From an uncultured Bacteroidales bacterium (GTDB lineage: Bacteria > Bacteroidota > Bacteroidia > Bacteroidales > TTA-H9), in contig CAYUII010000010.1 in the NCBI GenBank assembly GCA_964444785.1, forward strand, positions 10,025-74,024: a stretch of 64,000 nucleotides of DNA, given 5' to 3'. Below the pieces are notes generated by a model that was given only the letters and a program-made list of their open reading frames with translations, was not told where the DNA came from and did no database searches. The translations under genes were made by a program, and so were the position numbers. Below are positions 48,527-57,802 of the stretch, in pieces. How positions within the stretch are numbered: position 1 is the stretch's first letter; each line of letters opens with the position of its first letter.

Positions 48527-50008
48527 TTAGCTTGGCTGGCGAAACCCTTCAGCTAAGGCATACTTTCTATCAATAAAAAATGCAGCAATCTTCCGAAGAA
48601 TGAAAGATCGAAAAAGTATCCCTAGAACACCTAAAGCAGCAATGATAATCAAGCCTGTGGCATGCATCCCAAACAATGAGAATGGAGCAACCACCAGAAT
48701 AGGAAGACCCATGACCGGAATAATTATAATGAAGTGTTTTGCACCAACTCCTTGATAGTTCATCATATGGCCCTGGCTTAATTCGACTTTCTTAGTATTA
48801 TACGCTGCCAATAGAAGATAGATGTAAACCGTCACTCCGAGATTGTAAATAAAGGTCGCCAAATTTATAAAAAACAGATGCTTACCCATTAGAACATACG
48901 GAGTTGTCAGAATAAAAGAGATGACTGTTGGAATTGCCAAGATAAGATACTTTGCTTTGAAATACTCTTCGAAGTTTATATTCTTTGTTAAAATCGCATC
49001 AAAGTAACTTCCCTCCCAAGCCACAAGAAACTGTCCATAACTCATCATGAAACCACCCGATATAAAGACCCCCACAAAGGTTAGCCATCCATAAGACTCT
49101 TTATACATAGGGTTGGGATAAAAGAAAAATCCATACAAAAGGAATAGAGGCATTAAATAAAGAACACTTTTTGTCCTCTTATTCCTAAAGATTAAGCTGA
49201 TCTCTAACAGTATCAACTCACCAATCTTTCCATATTTCCTTAAGCCTTCAAACTTCTCAGTACTAATCCCTTTATCGGCCTTCTTTGAGGTGCCTTCAAG
49301 AGTAAGCCTTGATGACATCTCCTTTACATTATAATAAAATAAAGTTATCGGAGCCATTAAGAAAAGCAATGCCGTCACAGGATAATCAATGGGCAATGCA
49401 AAAATAAACGAGGAAAAATCACGAATAGGTACTAGTTTAAAATAATCCCCGATGCCCACTAAAATAAGGATACCAAATGCTACGGCTACTAACCATGTTC
49501 TTTCCACAAGCCACCGTTTTAGCAAAAAAGTCTTCAAATTTACGGCCACAACCATGGATATGACAGATACCAACCACGGAAAAGCACTCCATCCTGGAAA
49601 ACTACTGTATACATTTATAAAAAAAGGTAACAGAATAATCAGTGGAAACAAATTAAGAAAATTTATAACCGTCTGTAATAAGACCACTGAGCTAAGCTTT
49701 CTCCGACTGATCGGTAACAACAAAAAGGGCTTAGCCGACATTTCGGGCATCTTCTGAATCAAAAAACGGAAAAGCAAATCAACAACAAAATAATACACCA
49801 ACCAAGACCCAAATGCCTTGATCACATCAACCCCCTCTATCTCCAAAGCCTCTCCTATGACTCGATCTAAAAAAAGACCCAACAAGAGGAAAACAAACAC
49901 AAAATAGAGAATGAAGATCCCTAAGATAATGTTCAAAAAGACATTCCTTTGCCACAACGAGCTCCGCAATGATCTTTTCCATTCAATAATGAATAAATCT
50001 TTTATCAT
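48527..50008 (-). CDS. DUF5687-like polytopic membrane protein (putative ABC permease partner)
   Basis: About 12 TM segments, immediately upstream of the ABC ATPase gene. The start was moved to MIKDLFIIEWKRS (cat at 50006-50008). Confidence 0.55.
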   Translation of the reverse strand: MIKDLFIIEWKRSLRSSLWQRNVFLNIILGIFILYFVFVFLLLGLFLDRVIGEALEIEGVDVIKAFGSWLVYYFVVDLLFRFLIQKMPEMSAKPFLLLPISRRKLSSVVLLQTVINFLNLFPLIILLPFFINVYSSFPGWSAFPWLVSVISMVVAVNLKTFLLKRWLVERTWLVAVAFGILILVGIGDYFKLVPIRDFSSFIFALPIDYPVTALLFLMAPITLFYYNVKEMSSRLTLEGTSKKADKGISTEKFEGLRKYGKIGELILLEISLIFRNKRTKSVLYLMPLFLLYGFFFYPNPMYKESYGWLTFVGVFISGGFMMSYGQFLVAWEGSYFDAILTKNINFEEYFKAKYLILAIPTVISFILTTPYVLMGKHLFFINLATFIYNLGVTVYIYLLLAAYNTKKVELSQGHMMNYQGVGAKHFIIIIPVMGLPILVVAPFSLFGMHATGLIIIAALGVLGILFRSFILRKIAAFFIDRKYALAEGFRQPS

Positions 50009-50190
50009 AAAAGTCACTTTTTGAAGCACACCATAACAACGATTGTGCTAATTTACTTATTTGGTTGAATATCTATTAATTAAATTCAATATCTATCATC
50101 TTTATGGATCTAATGACTTTATCATTTGTCCATTTTCGAACGGATCACTGTCCGACTATGTAATCAAAGATTACATAAGTAACCCCCATT

Positions 50191-50520
50191 TCATGGTTGA
50201 AGTTTGGGGTTATCTTTATGTCTATTGGCGTCACGCTGACTTTTTTTCTCAAGACTTTTCTCCAGAGCTACATTGAGATCGACTCCAGTCTGATTGGCCA
50301 TACAAATCAGGACAAAGAGTACATCGGCCATCTCTTCAGCCAACTTATCTTCTGATTCTCCCGTTTTAAAAGACTGTTCTCCATACTTTCTAGCGATAAT
50401 ACGAGCCAACTCACCAACCTCTTCCGTTAACAACACCATGTTAGTCAGCTCATTAAAATACCTTACTCCAACACTTTTTATCCAAGTGTCTACCCTTTCC
50501 TGTGCTTCTGCAATCGTCAT
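50191..50520 (-). CDS. MazG-like nucleotide pyrophosphohydrolase (small all-alpha NTP-PPase)
   Basis: EEVGELARII...E...E.ADVLF.L..MAN pattern. 109 aa. Confidence 0.8.
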   Translation of the reverse strand: MTIAEAQERVDTWIKSVGVRYFNELTNMVLLTEEVGELARIIARKYGEQSFKTGESEDKLAEEMADVLFVLICMANQTGVDLNVALEKSLEKKSQRDANRHKDNPKLQP

Positions 50521-50670
50521 CCTTTAAGCCTTTTCAGCAAAAGTAATCTGTTTACATTAAAAAATCATTACACGCTGGCTTCCCTCCTCTAAAATAATAA
50601 CTTTGTATCGCCTCTTGAGATGACCAATTTATACAGTTTCAACACATATCTAACAATAAATTGATTTTCT

Positions 50671-51087
50671 ATGTCAGAATTAAAGACTCAACCCTCCGGA
50701 GATTCTGTTTCTGAGTTTATCTCTAATCTTCTTGATGAGCAACGTCGTTTGGACTGTGAAAAGCTCAATTTGATCTTCTCTGAAGTGACCAATCAGAATC
50801 CGGTTATATGGGGTGGATCAATTATAGGTTATGGTCACTATCATTACAAGTACGAAAGTGGAAGACAAGGCGACTGGTTTACTGTTGGGTTTTCTCCCCG
50901 CAAACAGAACATTACTTTATACTTCATGATTGGGGTTGAAAAGTTAGCCCCTTTACTTAAATCTTTAGGGAAACATAAAACGGGAACCTCTTGTGTTTAT
51001 ATCAACAAACTTTCTGATATCAAAGAGGATGTTCTGAGGAATCTTATAAAACAAACTATAGAAAGCGTAAATAGTATTAACGGATGA
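50671..51087 (+). CDS. DUF1801 (YdhG-like) domain protein
   Basis: 138 aa. The family-level resemblance rests on ..WGGSIIGYGHYHYKYESGRQGDWF.VGFSPRKQNITLYF. Confidence 0.6.
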   Translation: MSELKTQPSGDSVSEFISNLLDEQRRLDCEKLNLIFSEVTNQNPVIWGGSIIGYGHYHYKYESGRQGDWFTVGFSPRKQNITLYFMIGVEKLAPLLKSLGKHKTGTSCVYINKLSDIKEDVLRNLIKQTIESVNSING

Positions 51088-51130
51088 GCCTTACAAAACC
51101 TATGTGCGATTAAAATAGGAAATCAATAGC

Positions 51131-51400
51131 TCTCCATTACCTCTTCGCCTCCCCTTCGCTCTCTCTCCATACTTAGATGGGAAAATACGGAGAGGGCTAA
51201 AATGGAATGCGCTTTCGGAATAAATCAGTATTATTTGGATAATACTCCAGATAGGGAGTGCTATGGATTCAGGTCAAATCCACAGATCTATTAAGCCAGT
51301 AGTAGCTGATTACATCTCCCTTAAAATAGACCTGGAAATCTTGCCAAATGAATAGAGAATGTATGGAGAGAGAGCGAAGAAGATACGAAGGGGAAGATAA
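51131..51400. repeat. Full-length member of the CT/GA-armed inverted-repeat element family (~270 bp)
   Basis: cttcgctctctctccatac (51154-51172) pairs with gtatggagagagagcgaag (51361-51379), a perfect 19-bp stem. The outer arms are ctcttcg|cctccccttcg and cgaagaagata|cgaaggggaag. The interior is 188 nt. Confidence 0.7.
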
Positions 51401-51593
51401 TACCACCCTATGAGCTACCCCCTACTTAAAAAAAACTCATAAGTTATTCTTATCCTTGATAGTATGCAGAATGTTGAGGACAAAAGAGGGTTAGATAAAG
51501 AACCCTTGAACATTACGAAATGTCCCCGAAAACGATTACATTTGTAACTCCCTACCTTTAACTATTTATAATAAATCTCATATAAAATTAATC

Positions 51594-53225
51594 ATGAACA
51601 ACGCTCATTATCATTTTGAGATGCCCCAGAATGAGAGGGTATTATCATACGCTCCAGGAACAGAGGAGCGTCGGCTATTAAAAGAGGAGCTGAATCGCCA
51701 GACCAACCAGAAGATTGAAATTCCTCTGATTATTGGGGGAAAAGAAGTTCGTACAGGGAAGACCGTTGAGGTTGTGATGCCACATAACCACAAGCATGTA
51801 TTAGCGGTTGCTCATATTGCCGGAGAAGAAGAGATCAAGATGGCCATTGAAGCTGCAATGGAAGCAAAAAAAGCATGGTCAATGCGTTCATGGCACGATC
51901 GGTCAGCTATTATGTTAAGAGCGGCCGACTTACTTCGTACCAAATATCGCTATGTCATCAATGCGGCAACCATGCTGGGACAAAGTAAGACCCCTCATCA
52001 AGCTGAGATTGATTCAGCATGTGAGACCATCGACTTTTTAACATTTAACAGCTACTTCGCTTCAAAGATCTATTCAGATCAACCCATCAGTGAGCCTACT
52101 CATCTGAACATGCTAGAGTATCGTCCATTGGAAGGATTCGTCTTTGCCGTATCTCCATTTAACTTTACATCCATCGCAGCCAACCTGAACGCAAGTCCGG
52201 TTTTAATGGGTAATGTCACCGTATGGAAACCTGCTACTACCGCCTTACTCTCCAACTACTATTTGATGAAAGTTTTTGAAGAGGCTGGTTTACCTGCAGG
52301 AGTCATCAACTTTGTACCCTCACAAGGCAGTACCATCGGACGTATTGTTTTAGGTCATAAAGATATGGCCGGTATTCACTTTACCGGATCGACAGGTACC
52401 TTCAATCATCTCTGGCGTACAGCCGGCGAGAACCTGACCCTCTATCGTGGTTATCCGAAGCTTGTTGGGGAAACGGGTGGAAAAGACTTTGTTTTCGTGC
52501 ACAAATCAGCTCAAGTTGATCAAGTAGCAGTAGCTTTAGTTAGAGGTGCTTTTGAATTTCAGGGTCAGAAGTGCTCGGCTGCTTCAAGAGCCTACATTCC
52601 TGAGTCAATGTGGCCCGGTGTTGAAGCTCGAATGAAAGAGATGTTAGGCACTATTAAACAGGGGGATGTTACTGATTTCACCAACTTCGTTAATGCAGTA
52701 ATTGATAATGCTTCATTCGATAATATCGTCAAATATATCGAAGCAGCAAAAAACACTCCTGATGCTGAGATTGCAATTGGTGGCAAGTACGACAAGAGTG
52801 TGGGTTACTTCATTGAACCAACCGTTATTAAAGCCAATAACCCTCACTTCATCTCCATTGAAGAAGAGATCTTTGGCCCCGTTCTTACCGTTTATGTTTA
52901 TCCTGATGAAAAGTATGAAGAAACCTTACATCTCTGCGATGAAACATCTCCATACGCTCTTACCGGTGCCATTTTTGCAACATGTCGTGCTGCTATTGAC
53001 AAAGCTCATGAAATACTCAGATATGCTGCCGGAAACTTCTACATCAATGATAAACCGACTGGAGCAGTAGTCGGACAACAACCTTTTGGTGGAGCTCGTG
53101 GCTCAGGAACCAACGATAAAGCAGGTTCTTTACTTAACCTGATTCGATGGACCAGTCCCAGAACTGTCAAGGAGACTTATAATCCTCCCACAGACTACAG
53201 ATATCCATTCTTAAAAGCTGAGTAG
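51594..53225 (+). CDS. pruA: L-glutamate gamma-semialdehyde (1-pyrroline-5-carboxylate) dehydrogenase
   Basis: 543-aa ALDH-superfamily protein with catalytic GETGGKD and EFQGQKCSA (Cys) motifs and an N-terminal extension typical of stand-alone P5CDH. Confidence 0.88.
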   Translation: MNNAHYHFEMPQNERVLSYAPGTEERRLLKEELNRQTNQKIEIPLIIGGKEVRTGKTVEVVMPHNHKHVLAVAHIAGEEEIKMAIEAAMEAKKAWSMRSWHDRSAIMLRAADLLRTKYRYVINAATMLGQSKTPHQAEIDSACETIDFLTFNSYFASKIYSDQPISEPTHLNMLEYRPLEGFVFAVSPFNFTSIAANLNASPVLMGNVTVWKPATTALLSNYYLMKVFEEAGLPAGVINFVPSQGSTIGRIVLGHKDMAGIHFTGSTGTFNHLWRTAGENLTLYRGYPKLVGETGGKDFVFVHKSAQVDQVAVALVRGAFEFQGQKCSAASRAYIPESMWPGVEARMKEMLGTIKQGDVTDFTNFVNAVIDNASFDNIVKYIEAAKNTPDAEIAIGGKYDKSVGYFIEPTVIKANNPHFISIEEEIFGPVLTVYVYPDEKYEETLHLCDETSPYALTGAIFATCRAAIDKAHEILRYAAGNFYINDKPTGAVVGQQPFGGARGSGTNDKAGSLLNLIRWTSPRTVKETYNPPTDYRYPFLKAE

Positions 53226-53252
53226 TACTCTAATTAAGAGATAATTTACCTA

Positions 53253-53295
53253 AACCCGGTGCTCATGTGAACAAAGAGCACCGGGTTTTTCTTTA
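53253..53295 (+). terminator. Rho-independent terminator of pruA
   Basis: aacccggtgctc (53253-53264) pairs with gagcaccgggtt (53276-53287), a perfect 12-bp stem followed by tttttcttt. Confidence 0.82.
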
Positions 53296-53326
53296 TTACG
53301 ATAAATATTTGTAAAGTATTATCATT

Positions 53327-54880
53327 ATGAATTATCCATACAGCGAGAGACTGCAACAGAGTCTTAAGAATTTAGGAATTGAACCCTCTCATATGGGATT
53401 AAGCACTGGAAAAAAATGGCATAAAACAGCCGGGAAAAAAGTAGAGATGACTTCACCCGCCGATGGTAGCTTAATCACCACAATTACCCAAGCTACCAAA
53501 GATGATTATAATCTGATGATGGAAACGGCTCAACAGGCGTTCCTTCAATGGAGAATGGTTCCCGCTCCAAAACGTGGAGAGATCGTCAGACAAATTGGGG
53601 AGGAGTTACGCCTGCACAAAGAAGACCTTGGATACCTAGTCTCCTGGGAGATGGGCAAAATACTCCAGGAAGGCATGGGTGAGGTACAAGAAATGATTGA
53701 TATTGCCGACTTTGCCGTTGGTCAGTCTAGACAACTTTATGGATTAACCATGCACAGTGAACGCTCCAGACACCGGATGTATGAACAGTATCATCCATTG
53801 GGAATAGTTGGAGTTGTAAGTGCCTTCAATTTCCCAGTGGCGGTATGGGCATGGAATGCTATGTTAGCACTAATCGCAGGGGATGTCGTCGTCTGGAAGC
53901 CGTCTGGAAAGGTCATGACTTGTGCTATTGCTGTACATAATGTTATGCACAAGGTTCTTTTGCGTAATAATTTACCCGATGGTCTATTAAATCTGATTTT
54001 AGCCGGATCATCAGAACTGGGTGATGATTTTTTCGCTGATAAAAGAATGCCTCTTATCAGTTTCACCGGATCAACCCGAGTTGGGAAAAAAGTGGCTCGA
54101 CTCGTCGGCGAACGACTCGGACGCTCTCTTCTCGAACTTGGAGGAAACAATGCCATCATCATCACTCCGTCTGCCGACCTTAAAATGGCTATCAGAGCAA
54201 CTGTCTTTGGAGCCGCCGGTACTGCAGGACAACGTTGTACTACCACAAGAAGACTTATTATTCACGAAAGCATATACGATACCTTCAAAGAAAGTCTTAC
54301 TAAAGCCTACAAACAATTACAGATTGGTCACCCATTAGACGACTCTACTCATATTGGCCCTCTGGTCTCTAAATCTGCGGTCACCGATTTTCAACATGCG
54401 GTCAATGAAGCTATAAAATCTGGTGGAAATCTCGTCTTTGGCGGCCAGGTACTTTCAGGCGAAAAATATGAAACCGGATGCTATGTTACCCCTACCATCA
54501 TTGAAGCTCGTAACGATTATCCCATCGTTCAGGAAGAGACTTTTGCCCCTATTGTTTATCTGATTAAATACTCAAATCTTAATGAGGCCATAGCCATTCA
54601 TAATGATGTACCCCAAGGCTTATCAAGCGCTATCATGACCAACGACCTTCGCGAATCAGAAGCCTTCCTCTCACATGAAGGTTCTGACTGTGGTATAGCA
54701 AATGTCAATATCGGAACCTCTGGCGCTGAAATCGGTGGCGCATTTGGAGGAGAAAAGGAAACAGGCGGAGGAAGAGAATCTGGCTCTGACTCATGGAAGA
54801 TCTATATGCGTCGCCAAACCAACACGATCAATTACTCTACTGATCTACCCCTTGCTCAAGGCATTCAATTTGATTTTTAG
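53327..54880 (+). CDS. ALDH7-type aldehyde dehydrogenase (alpha-aminoadipic semialdehyde / piperideine-6-carboxylate dehydrogenase-like)
   Basis: The C-terminal block GSDCGIANVNIGTSGAEIGGAFGGEKETGGGRESGSDSWKIYMRRQTNTINYS..LPLAQGIQF is close to the antiquitin (ALDH7A1) signature. The catalytic motifs are ELGGNN and GTAGQRCT. Confidence 0.9.
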   Translation: MNYPYSERLQQSLKNLGIEPSHMGLSTGKKWHKTAGKKVEMTSPADGSLITTITQATKDDYNLMMETAQQAFLQWRMVPAPKRGEIVRQIGEELRLHKEDLGYLVSWEMGKILQEGMGEVQEMIDIADFAVGQSRQLYGLTMHSERSRHRMYEQYHPLGIVGVVSAFNFPVAVWAWNAMLALIAGDVVVWKPSGKVMTCAIAVHNVMHKVLLRNNLPDGLLNLILAGSSELGDDFFADKRMPLISFTGSTRVGKKVARLVGERLGRSLLELGGNNAIIITPSADLKMAIRATVFGAAGTAGQRCTTTRRLIIHESIYDTFKESLTKAYKQLQIGHPLDDSTHIGPLVSKSAVTDFQHAVNEAIKSGGNLVFGGQVLSGEKYETGCYVTPTIIEARNDYPIVQEETFAPIVYLIKYSNLNEAIAIHNDVPQGLSSAIMTNDLRESEAFLSHEGSDCGIANVNIGTSGAEIGGAFGGEKETGGGRESGSDSWKIYMRRQTNTINYSTDLPLAQGIQFDF

Positions 54881-54882
54881 CG

Positions 54883-54975
54883 GCTGGCGGCTGGCTTCTG
54901 GCTGCTAGCGGCCAGAAGCCATTCCCTCCTTGAATCTTTGAATAAAAAATCTTGAATTCTATACAGCCGCCAGCC
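54883..54975. repeat. GC-rich nested inverted repeat directly after the ALDH7 stop (probable terminator plus outer stem)
   Basis: The outer stem pairs ggctggcggctg (54883-54894) with cagccgccagcc (54964-54975), 12 bp. The inner hairpin pairs ggcttctggc with gccagaagcc, 10 bp. The left side reads as heptads: gcggctg gcggctg gcttctg gctgcta. Confidence 0.55.
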
Positions 54976-55065
54976 CAATCTGTTAATCTTTCCTAAAACT
55001 AAGAGTGTAGTAATTACACAAACAAAAAAGATGTATATTCGCATCCTGACAAGATCGTTTGAAAC

Positions 55066-57210
55066 ATGAGAACTATTTTACTGTTATCATTAGCCTTTAT
55101 CCTCTCTCTGTTGGTAGCTAACGGACAGAGTATTCAATCACCCGACAAAAAGATCACCCTAACCTTTTCATTGACATCAGCAGGTGAGCCTACCTATAGC
55201 GTCACAAAAGAGGGGAAAGTAATCATTGAAGAATCAAAACTAGGATTGCTACTGAAAGGGCAACCATCACTGGAGAAAGGATTTATTCTTGCCAACAGTG
55301 AGATTAAGACAAAAGATGAAACTTGGACACCAGTATGGGGCGAAGAGACCCAAATCAGAGACCAGCATAATGAACTTAAAGTTAACTTAGTTCAGCCGGG
55401 AGAAAAAAGTCGGATTTTCCAAATAACTTTTCGAGTTTTTAATGATGGCCTAGGCTTTAGATATGAAATTCCAGAACAGCCTAATCTCAGAAGTTTTATC
55501 GTTTCTGATGAAATTACAACCTTTAATTTACCGAATGATCCCATGACTTTTTGGATTCCCGGTGATTTTAACTCCAATGAATATGCATACAACCATACAA
55601 GACTAAGTGCTATAGATGCCAGCATTGGAACAACAGAAAATGGTATTGGGGCGAAAACACTTATAGGTAAAGACTTCATTCAAAGTCCGGTCATGATGAA
55701 AAGTGACGAGGGATTATATTTAAGCATTTTTGAAGCAGCTCTATATAATTTTCCAGCCATGCATCTACAGATAGATCGTGGTCAGCTCTCCTTAAAAGCG
55801 ACACTTGCACCTGATGCAGTAGGGAATAAAGCCTATTTGATTGCCCCAGTTACGCTTCCATGGAGAACCGTAATCTTCAGCGACAAGGCAACCGACATCC
55901 TCGCATCCAGAATAATCCTCAATCTTAATGAGCCCAATAAAATAACCAATACCGAATGGATTAAACCCATGAAGATGGTTGGAATATGGTGGGAGATGCA
56001 TGTTGGCCTAAAGAGTTGGAACTACTCCAATGTCAACCATATTAACCTTAAATCTACAGATTGGACGAAAATGCCACCCAATGGAACGCATGGAGCCACA
56101 ACAGAAAACACCAAAAAGTACATCGATTTTGCTGCAGAAAATGGAATCGATGGGGTTTTGGTAGAGGGCTGGAATATTGGTTGGGAAGACTGGGCCGGCA
56201 ATTGGAAAGAGGATGTTTTTGACTTTGTAACCCCCTACCCCGACTTTAACGTTAAAGAGATCGCCGACTATGCGCGCAGTAAAGGGGTTAAAATGATTAT
56301 GCATCACGAGACGAGCGCATCTGCTACCAACTATGAACGTTGGGCCGATACAGCATTTCGTTTTATGAAACACTTTGGATATCCCGCCGTAAAGACTGGG
56401 TATGTTGGATACATCATCCCCAGAGGAGAACAACACGACGGTCAATGGATGATTAACCACTATCAACGGATCCTTGAGAAGGCAGCAGGTTATAAAATCA
56501 TGATTGATGCTCATGAACCGGTCAGACCGACCGGACAATATCGCACCTGGCCTAACCTGATGGCTTGTGAAGCCGCCAGAGGAAACGAATTCAATGCCTG
56601 GAGCCTTGGAAACCCTCCTAACCATGAAACAATATTGGCTTTTACTCGACTATTAGGTGGACCGATGGATTATACCCCCGGAATCTTTAAGATTAAAAGA
56701 AGTTACTACCAGCCTAATCAAACAGAACAGGTTCATAGTACCCTTGTTAAACAATTGGCTCTATATGTTACCATGTATAGCCCTCTAGTCATGGCTGCCG
56801 ATCTTCCCGAAAACTATACCCAACGAATGGATGCCTTCCAATTCATTAAGGATGTAAAAACCGATTGGGAAAAAACGATCTACCTAGAGGCAGAACCAGG
56901 AGAATTCATCACGACCGCAAGAAAAGCTAAGAACAGTGAGGAGTGGTTCATCGGATCTATCACCGGTGAGAAATCTAGAGAGACGAAATTACCCCTGAAC
57001 TTCCTTCCTACAGGCACAACCATGGTAGCAACCATTTATGCCGATGCAAAAGATGCCGATTGGAAAACCAACCCTGAAGCCTATACAATTCAGAGCTTCA
57101 GAGTTAACTCCAAAACAGAGCTAAAACTCAAACTGGCCGCTGGTGGTGGAGCCGCCATATCAATCAGACCTATGCAGTCTGAAAAAGACAAGAAATTAAA
57201 AAAACTTTAG
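55066..57210 (+). CDS. Glycoside hydrolase family 97 (SusB-like alpha-glucosidase/alpha-galactosidase)
   Basis: Signal peptide, ~714 aa, and an N-terminal SPDKKITLTF..T..G.P.YSV motif. The central motifs WW, VEGWN.GWE, and MHHET are typical of GH97. Confidence 0.88.
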   Translation: MRTILLLSLAFILSLLVANGQSIQSPDKKITLTFSLTSAGEPTYSVTKEGKVIIEESKLGLLLKGQPSLEKGFILANSEIKTKDETWTPVWGEETQIRDQHNELKVNLVQPGEKSRIFQITFRVFNDGLGFRYEIPEQPNLRSFIVSDEITTFNLPNDPMTFWIPGDFNSNEYAYNHTRLSAIDASIGTTENGIGAKTLIGKDFIQSPVMMKSDEGLYLSIFEAALYNFPAMHLQIDRGQLSLKATLAPDAVGNKAYLIAPVTLPWRTVIFSDKATDILASRIILNLNEPNKITNTEWIKPMKMVGIWWEMHVGLKSWNYSNVNHINLKSTDWTKMPPNGTHGATTENTKKYIDFAAENGIDGVLVEGWNIGWEDWAGNWKEDVFDFVTPYPDFNVKEIADYARSKGVKMIMHHETSASATNYERWADTAFRFMKHFGYPAVKTGYVGYIIPRGEQHDGQWMINHYQRILEKAAGYKIMIDAHEPVRPTGQYRTWPNLMACEAARGNEFNAWSLGNPPNHETILAFTRLLGGPMDYTPGIFKIKRSYYQPNQTEQVHSTLVKQLALYVTMYSPLVMAADLPENYTQRMDAFQFIKDVKTDWEKTIYLEAEPGEFITTARKAKNSEEWFIGSITGEKSRETKLPLNFLPTGTTMVATIYADAKDADWKTNPEAYTIQSFRVNSKTELKLKLAAGGGAAISIRPMQSEKDKKLKKL

Positions 57211-57232
57211 TTTTCATATCATTACCTTGATT

Positions 57233-57267
57233 GGGGGCCGCTCGAGAGAACGGTCCCTTTCTTTTTT
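57233..57267 (+). terminator. Rho-independent terminator of the GH97 gene
   Basis: ggggccg (57234-57240) pairs with cggtccc (57251-57257), 7 bp including one G.U. It is followed by tttcttttttc. Confidence 0.65.
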
Positions 57268-57433
57268 CCCTCCTCTATCTACACAAAGAATCATCACCAT
57301 ATATAAATCAAAAAACTTTAATAATGAAACACAAGAAATAGAATACAATGCGATAGGAAATCAAATAAAATCTTACTTTTAGCAAATTAAAACTACCCAA
57401 TTCAACACATTCAACCAATAAAATATCCTAACT

Positions 57434-57772
57434 ATGGATGTACAGAAAGTAGACATGTTTATGATGGCCAATGGAAAGTTCTTTGAGTCTCATTATTTAA
57501 TGCAAATCAGAGAGGCATTGCTTAAGTTGGATGACAATAAATGGCCAATAATACAGATTTTAGACTTTAAGGATCCTACTACCATGCTTATTGTTTCATT
57601 GCTTGGTGGTGCCCTAGGAATTGACCGATTTCTAGTAGGAGATGTCGGTTTAGGTATTGCCAAACTGCTTACTTGTGGCGGGTTAGGAATTTGGACCATC
57701 GTCGACTGGTTTTTAATTTCCGGAGTCGCACGCGAAAAGAATGCAGAAAAGATTTTCATGCACCTACGTTAA
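57434..57772 (+). CDS. TM2 domain-containing membrane protein
   Basis: LLGGALGIDRFLVGDVGLGIAKLLTCGGLGIWTIVDWFLI matches the TM2 two-helix signature (G.DRF..G.....K......G.W...D). Confidence 0.85.
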   Translation: MDVQKVDMFMMANGKFFESHYLMQIREALLKLDDNKWPIIQILDFKDPTTMLIVSLLGGALGIDRFLVGDVGLGIAKLLTCGGLGIWTIVDWFLISGVAREKNAEKIFMHLR

Positions 57773-57802
57773 ATATCAATATGAATCATTTTGATTTAAA
57801 GA

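Noticed and set aside
51202-51294. 30-aa Cys-containing ORF (MECAFGINQYYLDNTPDRECYGFRSNPQIY) inside the 51-kb repeat element, considered as a possible peptide gene
   Set aside because: The equivalent region of the 31.6-kb copy has a stop codon immediately upstream and no ATG in the matching frame. The reading frame is therefore not conserved between copies.
26803-54920. An 11-mer (cgctagcagcc) shared between the 26.8-kb tandem repeat and the reverse complement of the 54.9-kb hairpin, considered as evidence of a second repeat family
   Set aside because: Given the number of 11-mers in these regions and 128 kb of two-strand search space, a single 11-nt match is roughly what chance would give. 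There is no extended similarity around it.
56008-56625. 205-aa minus-strand ORF inside the GH97 gene. The same applies to 55392..55679 and 55792..56001, to 22547..23002 (antisense to DUF4252), and to 53791..54246 (antisense to ALDH7).
   Set aside because: Each is fully embedded antisense in a well-supported gene, with low-complexity or odd composition and no recognisable motifs. These are typical spurious long antisense ORFs.
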